Positions 57,082 through 64,000 of a DNA stretch of 64,000 nt are shown in pieces. The translations under genes and the position numbers were made by a program. The notes below the pieces were generated by a model. It made no database searches, was not told the DNA's origin, and saw only the letters and a program-made list of their open reading frames with translations. Source of the stretch: an uncultured Actinomycetota bacterium (GTDB lineage: Bacteria > Actinomycetota > UBA4738 > HRBIN12); assembly GCA_963842295.1 (NCBI GenBank), contig CAWJFY010000007.1, forward strand, positions 180,136-244,135. Direction: 5' to 3'. How positions within the stretch are numbered: position 1 is the stretch's first letter; each line of letters opens with the position of its first letter.

Positions 57082-59787
57082 CTACGCCACGGCGCCGTGG
57101 CACTTCTTGTACTTCCGCCCGCTGCCGCACGGGCAGGGCGCGTTCCGCGGCACCTTGTCGCTGATGACCTGGTTGGGATTCGCTTCCTGCACGGTCCCGG
57201 ATGCCGCCGCCTCTTCCTCGTCCCCATGGCTCTCGCGGACCCGGTTCACCTTGGGCGCGGATGCCCGTCGCTGCTGCTGCTCCGGCCGAACCAACTCCAC
57301 CCGGTAGATGTAGCGCACGAACTCCGTTTGGATCGTGGACGTGAGCTCCTCGAACATGTCGAACGCTTCGCGCCGGTACTCCGTGATCGGGTCCTTCTGG
57401 GCGTAGCTCCGCAGGTAGATGCCTTCCTGCAGGTAATCCATCTCGTACAGGTGTTCGCGCCAGCGTGTGTCGATGATGTTCAGCAGGACGACCCGCTCGA
57501 GCTCTCGCATCATCGTCTCGCCGAGCGCCTCTTCCCTCGCCGCGTAGGCGGCCAGCGCGTCCTCGACGAACGCCGCTTGCAGCGCCTCCGAGTCGGCGAT
57601 CTCCCCTACCTGCTCCTTCGTCAAGGAGACGGGATAGATCTCCGACATGGCGGTGAGAAGCCCTTCTCGGTCCCACTCCTCCGCGAAGACATCCGGCGGG
57701 CAGTAGGTCGCGACGGTTGCCTCCACGACATCACGCACGAACCCGATCGCCTCCTCGTTCAGATCCCCACCCTCGAGGATCTTCCGGCGCTCGCCGTAGA
57801 TCACCGTGCGCTGCCCGTTCATGACCTCGTCGTACTTGAGGACGTTCTTCCGGCGCTCGTAGTTGAGCTCCTCGATCTGCCCCTGTGCGTTCTGGACCGC
57901 GCGCGTGACCATCTTCGCCTCGATCGGCTCGTCCTCCGGCCACTTCAGCCGTTCCATGATCGAGGCGACCCGATCGGACGCGAACATCCGCATCAGGTCG
58001 TCCTCGAGAGACAGGTAGAACGCCGACGCGCCCGGGTCGCCCTGGCGCCCGGACCGTCCGCGGAGCTGGTTGTCGATCCGCCGTGACTCGTGCCGTTCGG
58101 TGCCCAGCACGTAGAGTCCGCCCAGCTCGACGACCTCCTCGTGCTCCGCGTCCGTCTGCGTCCTGAACTTCGCGAAGATCGGCTCGTACTCGGCCTCGTA
58201 GGCGGCTCGCTCCTCCTCGTCCATCTCGAACAGCAGGTAGCGGTCGTTGTCGAAGTCTCGCGCGGCCATCTCCTGACGCGCGAGGTACTCGGGGTTGCCG
58301 CCGAGGAGGATGTCGACGCCGCGCCCCGCCATGTTCGTGGCGACGGTGACCGCGCCCTTGCGGCCGGCCTGGGCGACGATCATCGCCTCCTTCTCGTGGT
58401 TCTTGGCGTTCAGGACGTGATGCTTCACGCCACGGCGATCGAGCATCGTGGACAGCTTCTCGGACTTCTCGATCGAGACGGTCCCCACCAGGATCGGCTG
58501 GCCCGTCTCATTGCGCTCGATGATGTCCTCGATGAGAGAGTTCCACTTGGCCTCTTCGTTCTTGAAGATCGCGTCCTGCAGGTCCTCACGGATCATCGGT
58601 CGGTTCGTCGTGATCTCGGTGACGCCGAGGGTGTAGGTCTCCTCGAACTCGGTCAGCTGCGTCTTGGCGGTCCCCGTCATCCCCGCGAGCTTGTCGTACA
58701 TCTTGAAGTAGTTCTGGATCGTGATGGTCGCGAGGGTCTGGTTCTCCTCCTTGATCCGCACGCCTTCTTTCGCCTCGATCGCCTGGTGCAGCCCCTCGGA
58801 ATACCGGCGGCCCTCCAGCACCCGGCCCGTGAACTCGTCGACGATCTTCACCTCGCCGCTCTGGACCACGTACTCGACATCGCGCTTGTACAGCTCCTTC
58901 GCACGCAGCGAGTTGTGAAGGTGGTGGACCAGCATCGTGTTCTCGTGGTCGTAGAGGTTGTCGATGTTCAGCAGGGACTCCACCTTGGCGACCCCCGCCT
59001 CCATCACCGCGACCTGGAACTTCGCCTCCTCGACCTCGTAGTGCTCGTCGCGGGTGAGCTGCGGGGCGATCCGGGCGAACGTCTGGTACCACTTGGCGCT
59101 GTCCTGGACCATGCCGCTGATGATCAGCGGAGTCCTCGCCTCGTCGATGAGGATCGAATCGACCTCGTCCACGATCGCGAAGTGGTGGCCGCGCTGCACG
59201 GTGTGCTCCAACCGCATCGCCATGTTGTCGCGGAGATAGTCGAACCCGAACTCGTTGTTGGTGCCGTACGTGATGTCGGCCGCATAGGCGGGACGGCGCT
59301 GCTCGGGGCTCATCTGAGACTGGATCAGGCCCACCTCGAGCCCGAGGAACCGATAGATCCCACCCATCCACTCCGAGTCGCGCTTGGCCAGATAGTCGTT
59401 GACCGTGACGAGATGGACCCCTTTGCCCTCGAGCGCGTTCAGGTAGCCGGGCAGTGTCGAGACGAGGGTCTTGCCCTCGCCGGTACGCATCTCCGCGATG
59501 CTGCCTCGATGCAACGCGGCGCCCCCCATCAGCTGGACGTCGAAGTGGCGCTGTCCGATCGTGCGGCGGGCGGCTTCACGGGTGGTGGCGAACGCCTCCG
59601 GGAGGAGGTCGTCGAGGGGTTCGCCGTTCTCCAGACGCTGCCGGAACTCGACGGTCTTGTGGGCCAGCTCGTCGTCCGGGAGGTCCTCGATCTCGAGCTC
59701 CCAGGTGTTCACGAGCTTGGCGAGCTGCTCGAGCTCCTTGCGCCGACGGCCCTCGCCGATGTTGCTGAACTTGTCGATCAGGGGCAA
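57082..59787 (-). CDS. secA: Preprotein translocase subunit SecA
   Basis: [12 protein letters not shown]-terminus, DEAD-like motor motifs (TGEGKTL), and C-terminal zinc finger [14 protein letters not shown]. Confidence 0.9.
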   Translation of the reverse strand: MPLIDKFSNIGEGRRRKELEQLAKLVNTWELEIEDLPDDELAHKTVEFRQRLENGEPLDDLLPEAFATTREAARRTIGQRHFDVQLMGGAALHRGSIAEMRTGEGKTLVSTLPGYLNALEGKGVHLVTVNDYLAKRDSEWMGGIYRFLGLEVGLIQSQMSPEQRRPAYAADITYGTNNEFGFDYLRDNMAMRLEHTVQRGHHFAIVDEVDSILIDEARTPLIISGMVQDSAKWYQTFARIAPQLTRDEHYEVEEAKFQVAVMEAGVAKVESLLNIDNLYDHENTMLVHHLHNSLRAKELYKRDVEYVVQSGEVKIVDEFTGRVLEGRRYSEGLHQAIEAKEGVRIKEENQTLATITIQNYFKMYDKLAGMTGTAKTQLTEFEETYTLGVTEITTNRPMIREDLQDAIFKNEEAKWNSLIEDIIERNETGQPILVGTVSIEKSEKLSTMLDRRGVKHHVLNAKNHEKEAMIVAQAGRKGAVTVATNMAGRGVDILLGGNPEYLARQEMAARDFDNDRYLLFEMDEEERAAYEAEYEPIFAKFRTQTDAEHEEVVELGGLYVLGTERHESRRIDNQLRGRSGRQGDPGASAFYLSLEDDLMRMFASDRVASIMERLKWPEDEPIEAKMVTRAVQNAQGQIEELNYERRKNVLKYDEVMNGQRTVIYGERRKILEGGDLNEEAIGFVRDVVEATVATYCPPDVFAEEWDREGLLTAMSEIYPVSLTKEQVGEIADSEALQAAFVEDALAAYAAREEALGETMMRELERVVLLNIIDTRWREHLYEMDYLQEGIYLRSYAQKDPITEYRREAFDMFEELTSTIQTEFVRYIYRVELVRPEQQQRRASAPKVNRVRESHGDEEEAAASGTVQEANPNQVISDKVPRNAPCPCGSGRKYKKCHGAVA

Positions 59788-59835
59788 CGTGGATCCTTTT
59801 CGTAGGTGGGGACTTCGATTCTACCGGCGCCCGCG

Positions 59836-61086
59836 TCAGACCCGGATGGGAGTCGGCTCCCGCAGGCGCGCCACCAGGATCAACGCCGCGGCGACCAGCA
59901 CGGCGAGTCCCACCCCGAGAGGGCCGTAGCCGGCTGCTTCGAGGACGACCCCTCCCGTCAGACCTGCCGCCGCAGAAGTGAGGCTGACCAGGAGATCCGT
60001 GAACCCGAGGGCTCCGGCTCGCTCGTTCGGCGCCGTGATGTCACTGATCACGGCGGTGGCCCCGAGGAAGGTCGCCGACCAACCGAGTCCGATCGCGAGC
60101 AGGCCGACGCCGATCACGAAGGCGTTCGCCTCGGTCGCGGACAAGAGAGCGCCCGCGATGCTGGTGATGCATCCGGCGATCAGTGCGGCTCGCCGCCCGA
60201 CGCGGTCCATCCAGCGGCCGATCAGGGGCGCGAACGCGAACATCCCGGCGATGTGTGAGCTGATCACGAGTGAGATCGTCGTACCGCCGTGGTGCGCATG
60301 ATCGAGCGCCGTCGGCGTCACGCCCATCACCCCCACCATCGCCATCTGACCGACGGCGCCGGCGAGCACCGCGGTTCGGAAAGTGGGCACGCGGAGTAGG
60401 TCGCGGGGGCTGCGCCCTCGCGTACGCTCGACGGACGGCTCGACGGACGGCTCGACGACCGCGAGGTCGCGCGGGTCGGGGCTCACCGCGAGCGCGCAGA
60501 GGAGGGCGCCGAACGCCCCCGCGATCGGCACGACCCAGGGAAGGACGGATCCTTCTCCCGCCGCCTCCTCGATCACCGCGGCCAGCAGCGGGCTCCCCAC
60601 CGCGCCGATCGTGCCGGCCGCGAGGAGGATGCCGACCGCGCGGCCCCGCCGCTCGGCCGGGTACATGTCGGCCACCGCGCCACGCGCGAGGTTCGCGCCG
60701 CCGAGCGCCACGCCGAAGGGGATGGTGCTCGCCATGAGTCCTGCGAACGAACCCGCGCGGATCGAGACGGCGGCGGCGGCCGCGGCGGCGCCCACGAGGA
60801 GGTAGGAAAGGATCAGACCCGGCCGGCGTCCGACGCGATCCATCCATCGTCCGATCAGCACTGCGCCCGCGGCCGCCGCCAGGAAATAGAGGCCCCACAG
60901 CAAGCCGGCCGCCCCGTCCCGTCCCGTGAGGCGAGATGCGGCAGGCCCGCCGATCACGAGCATCACGGGGAAGGTGGTCTGCACGAAGCCCTGCGCGAAG
61001 GCGAGCAGGATCGTGTTGCGACGAACCAGCCGATCGCGCTCCGCCGGCGGATCGTCGAGCCGCCATCCGCGTGCGCCGGTGGTCAC
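59836..61086 (-). CDS. MFS transporter
   Basis: Twelve predicted TM segments. GRWMDRVGRR is duplicated in the two halves (the MFS motif A position). Confidence 0.75.
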   Translation of the reverse strand: MTTGARGWRLDDPPAERDRLVRRNTILLAFAQGFVQTTFPVMLVIGGPAASRLTGRDGAAGLLWGLYFLAAAAGAVLIGRWMDRVGRRPGLILSYLLVGAAAAAAAVSIRAGSFAGLMASTIPFGVALGGANLARGAVADMYPAERRGRAVGILLAAGTIGAVGSPLLAAVIEEAAGEGSVLPWVVPIAGAFGALLCALAVSPDPRDLAVVEPSVEPSVERTRGRSPRDLLRVPTFRTAVLAGAVGQMAMVGVMGVTPTALDHAHHGGTTISLVISSHIAGMFAFAPLIGRWMDRVGRRAALIAGCITSIAGALLSATEANAFVIGVGLLAIGLGWSATFLGATAVISDITAPNERAGALGFTDLLVSLTSAAAGLTGGVVLEAAGYGPLGVGLAVLVAAALILVARLREPTPIRV

Positions 61087-62738
61087 AGGGGCTCCGTCAG
61101 CGCCCCGAGTCGCTCGACCAATCGGGCATTCTCACCGTAGTCCACGGGTACGGCGATGACCGATACGGCGTCGTCGTCGAGGGCCTTCCTGAGCGTGGGC
61201 AACAGCTCCGACGCTTCGCCGATCGCGTAGCCCTTCGCTCCGAAGCTCTCGGCGAACCGCACGAAGTCCGGATTCCCGAACGAGACGGCGGCCCTGCGGC
61301 CGAAGTGGATGTCCTGCTTCCACCCGATCAGACCGTACCCCCCGTCCACCCAAACGAGGATGACGAAATGCACCTTCTCGCGCACCGCGGTCTCGATCTC
61401 GGCGGCACTCATCAGGAAGGCGCCGTCGCCCATCGCCGCGAGCACCTTCCGCTCTGGGTGGACGAGCTTCGCGGCGAATGCGCCGGGAAGCGCGAACGCC
61501 ATCGTCGCCAAGCCGTTCGAGATCAGGCACGTGTTCGGCGCGTACGTCGGGAACAGCCGCGCCATCCAGATCTTCACGGCGCCGGTGTCGCAGAGCACGA
61601 TGTCCTCACGGTCGAGCGCCTCCCGCACGTCGTGGACGATCCTTTGGGGCCGGACGGGGAGCGCGTCGTCGTCCGCGCCTGAGTGGAGTTCCTCCCGAAC
61701 GAGTCGCTCGCCCGGAGGCTCTCGGTCCCGACGAGGGTTCCCGGGCGCCGCGTCGGCGATCGCATCCAGAGAGGCTCCGATGCCTCCCTGGACGCCGACC
61801 TCGAGCGTGTAGGCCTCATCGACCTCGGCGACCGTCCGGTGGATGTGGATGATCGCCTTGTCTCGCTCGGGGTTCCAGCGCTCCGGCGCATACTCGACGA
61901 GGTCGTAGCCGACCGCCACCACGACGTCGGCCTTGTCGAAGCCGAAGTTGGCGTAGTCGCGCACCATGAAGCCGATCGTGCCGAGGGCGTTCGGGTGGTC
62001 GTCGGGGAAGACGCCTTTGCCGAGGAACGTGGTGGCGACCGGGAGGTTCAAGCGCTCCGAGAAGCGGACGAGCGCGTTCATCGCGTCGTCGCGAGCGACA
62101 CCCGGTCCCGCGAGGACCACGGGCGCCGTCGCAGCCCCCAGGAGCTCCGCCGCCCGTCGGACCTGCGCTTCCGCAGGCGCGGGATCGACGGGCACGTTGA
62201 CGCGGAGCGGTACACCCTCCGTCTCCTGCTCGGCAACGTCCTCCGGCAGGATCAGGAACGCGGCACCGGGACGTTCGGTCCGCGCCTGCTTGAAGGCCTT
62301 GCGGACCATCTCGGGAACGGCTTCGTCGACGGTGATCATGCCGCCCCACTTCGTGATCGGACGGAACAGCTCGACGAGGTCCACCGCTTGGTGGGATTCC
62401 TTGTAGAGACGGTGCAGGCCGGCCTGTGCGGTGATCGCCACGAGCGGGTGCGAGTCGAGGTGCGCGTTCGCGATCCCGAGCATCAGGTTGATCGCACCCG
62501 GGCCGAGGGTGGCGAGGCACACGCCCGCTCGGCCGGTGAGCGCCCCGTACGTGTCGGCCATGAACGCAGCGCCACGCTCGTCGCGCGTCGTGATGAACCG
62601 GATCGACGAGTCCGCCAACGCATCGATCACGTGGAGGTTCTCCTCGCCCGGCAGACCGAAGACGTACTCGACCTCCTCGTTCTCGAGGCACGCCACGAGC
62701 AAGCGGGCCACGGTCCGTGCGCCGTGCGCGGCTTCCAT
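61083..62738 (-). CDS. Thiamine-diphosphate-dependent enzyme, acetolactate-synthase-like
   Basis: TPP_enzyme N, M and C layout, with GDGAFLMSAAEIETAV (TPP-binding GDG...N motif). Confidence 0.75.
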   Translation of the reverse strand: MEAAHGARTVARLLVACLENEEVEYVFGLPGEENLHVIDALADSSIRFITTRDERGAAFMADTYGALTGRAGVCLATLGPGAINLMLGIANAHLDSHPLVAITAQAGLHRLYKESHQAVDLVELFRPITKWGGMITVDEAVPEMVRKAFKQARTERPGAAFLILPEDVAEQETEGVPLRVNVPVDPAPAEAQVRRAAELLGAATAPVVLAGPGVARDDAMNALVRFSERLNLPVATTFLGKGVFPDDHPNALGTIGFMVRDYANFGFDKADVVVAVGYDLVEYAPERWNPERDKAIIHIHRTVAEVDEAYTLEVGVQGGIGASLDAIADAAPGNPRRDREPPGERLVREELHSGADDDALPVRPQRIVHDVREALDREDIVLCDTGAVKIWMARLFPTYAPNTCLISNGLATMAFALPGAFAAKLVHPERKVLAAMGDGAFLMSAAEIETAVREKVHFVILVWVDGGYGLIGWKQDIHFGRRAAVSFGNPDFVRFAESFGAKGYAIGEASELLPTLRKALDDDAVSVIAVPVDYGENARLVERLGALTEPL

Positions 62739-62782
62739 CTCCGTCAGGCTACCCGTGCGGCCCGGCCGTTACGCTCGGGCTC

Positions 62783-63382
62783 GTGGAATTCCGGGATGTG
62801 GTGCGGCGTCGGCGGATGGTGCGCCGATTCGACCAACGGCCGGTCTCCCGGGACGTCGTCGACCGCATCATCGACGTGGGGAGGCGCGCGCCATCGGCAG
62901 GCTTCTCGCAGGGGCTCGAGCTCCTCGTGTTCGACACGCCGGAAACGATCTCCGCGTTCTGGCAGACGACTCGCGATCCGGAGTTCGGCTGGGAGGCCGA
63001 GACCGTCGCGCACGGGCCAACGGTCCTGATCCTGCCGCTTCCGGATCCCCACCGGTACACCGAGCGCTACTCGCAGCCGGACAAGATCGAGTTCGGCATG
63101 AACGAGGAGACGAACTGGCCCGTGCGGTTCTGGGAGATCGACGCCGCGATGGCTTCGATGCTGATGCTGCTGGCAGCCGTCGAGGAGGGCCTCGGTGGAT
63201 GGTTCTTCGGCATCACCCACGGGGAACGCGTGCTCCTGGACCGCTTCCGCGTGCCGGCACATCTCCGCCCGATCGGGATCATCGGCCTCGGGTATCGCGC
63301 CGAGAACGAGGAGCCGACGGGATCGTGGATGAAGCACGGGCGTCGTCCGCTCGAGGAACAGATCCACCGCAACGGCTGGTGA
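62783..63382 (+). CDS. Nitroreductase-family protein
   Basis: MVRRFDQRPVS (the RRS/F motif of nitroreductases) and the C-terminal GLGGWFFG region. The start is uncertain (GTG 62783 or ATG 62816). Confidence 0.6.
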   Translation: MEFRDVVRRRRMVRRFDQRPVSRDVVDRIIDVGRRAPSAGFSQGLELLVFDTPETISAFWQTTRDPEFGWEAETVAHGPTVLILPLPDPHRYTERYSQPDKIEFGMNEETNWPVRFWEIDAAMASMLMLLAAVEEGLGGWFFGITHGERVLLDRFRVPAHLRPIGIIGLGYRAENEEPTGSWMKHGRRPLEEQIHRNGW

Positions 63383-63398
63383 GCGGGCCTCGCGCCGG

Positions 63399-63857
63399 TT
63401 ACGTCGACTGTGGTGACAACTGGCGCGTGAGCTGCGCCTGTGCGACGTGCTCACGGAAATGCTCGAGGGCGTGGAGCAGGGCCCAGGCTGCCGATACGGA
63501 CTCCCCCTCGGGGAGCGAGCGGATCGCGGTGGGGTCGAAGGCCTCGGAGGCATCGAGCCGCGCGCGACAGTCGGCGGCCATCTCGTCCACGAACGACAGC
63601 AGCTCCGCGTCACTCGCCGACTCCGCCTCGAACTCGGACGGTCGGTCGCGCTCTGGCAGCGGGAGGCCCCGCGCGATCGTGAGCCACCACCTCGAGCTGT
63701 GCATCCCGTGGACCGCCAGCACCGTGATCGGGTTGCTCTCCTCGCCCGCGGGCCGCCAGGCCAGCGCTTCCTGCGAGAGCCCTTCGATCGCCTCGCGGAG
63801 GTGATCCACCGATTCGTCGAAGATGTCGCGGGCCGCCTCGATCGTCGGGTCGGGCAT
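63399..63857 (-). CDS. DinB/YfiT-like four-helix-bundle protein
   Basis: His-rich spacing (HLREA...HGMHSSRWW...HALEHFREH) typical of DinB_2-like metal-binding bundles. Confidence 0.5.
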   Translation of the reverse strand: MPDPTIEAARDIFDESVDHLREAIEGLSQEALAWRPAGEESNPITVLAVHGMHSSRWWLTIARGLPLPERDRPSEFEAESASDAELLSFVDEMAADCRARLDASEAFDPTAIRSLPEGESVSAAWALLHALEHFREHVAQAQLTRQLSPQST

Positions 63858-63876
63858 CAGGCGGGCTCGCGGCCGG

Positions 63877-64000
63877 TCACGTGATCTCGATCATCTTCTC
63901 GCGCACCGCGTAGACGACGGCCTCCATACGCGAGTGCAGATGGAGCTTCTCCAGGATGTTGCGGATGTGGTTCTTCACCGTGTTCTCCGAGATGAACAGC
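63877..64000 (-). CDS. LuxR/NarL-family response regulator, C-terminal HTH only (partial, runs off the window)
   Basis: The minus strand translates ...LFISENTVKNHIRNILEKLHLHSRMEAVVYAVREKMIEIT*. Confidence 0.6.
   Translation of the reverse strand, partial: LFISENTVKNHIRNILEKLHLHSRMEAVVYAVREKMIEIT

Overview
This is a high-GC (about 70%) actinobacterial-type chromosomal segment, densely packed with genes on both strands. Most of it is conserved housekeeping synteny.

- **Cysteine and cell-wall block (8.2-15.0 kb, minus strand).** mec (JAMM), moeZ, cysO, an ECF sigma/anti-sigma pair and cysM are followed by murI, an MBL-fold protein, rph and rdgB.
- **Selenium and lipid genes.** A Cys-type selD sits next to fabI.
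- **Stress and efflux.** lon sits beside a DrrAB-like ABC exporter and two MFS pumps.
- **Trans-translation neighbourhood (48-60 kb).** A tmRNA (ssrA, 48287-48634, minus strand, tag ...ANEEYALAA) that the ORF track cannot show is followed by smpB, ftsX, ftsE and a prfB with the classic CUU-UGA-C +1 frameshift site; secA lies about 1.3 kb beyond prfB, past the two small motif-sharing genes.
- **Left edge.** An AT-rich tract (60-240) carries iteron-like direct repeats and is followed by an orphan tRNA 3'-half (T-arm plus acceptor). It looks like the attR-side boundary of an integrated element lying upstream of the window.
- **Apparent frameshifts.** An S8 subtilase (I9 propeptide and catalytic domain in different frames) and a cupin gene translationally coupled to an AlkZ-like glycosylase are each split across two frames.
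- **Possible novel content.**
  - Two adjacent small single-pass membrane proteins share an identical C-terminal (V/I)VNGEAC-x-QC motif, and the longer one carries internal tandem repeats.
  - A membrane-anchored alkaline-phosphatase-superfamily enzyme is translationally coupled to a two-subunit aconitase-X dehydratase.
  - A PLP-decarboxylase, small protein and ureohydrolase trio forms a cluster.
  - A membrane protein has a K-channel-like pore-loop topology.

No CRISPR array, no complete tRNA, no rRNA and no transposase were seen. All family assignments are from reading motifs by eye; nothing was searched against a database.
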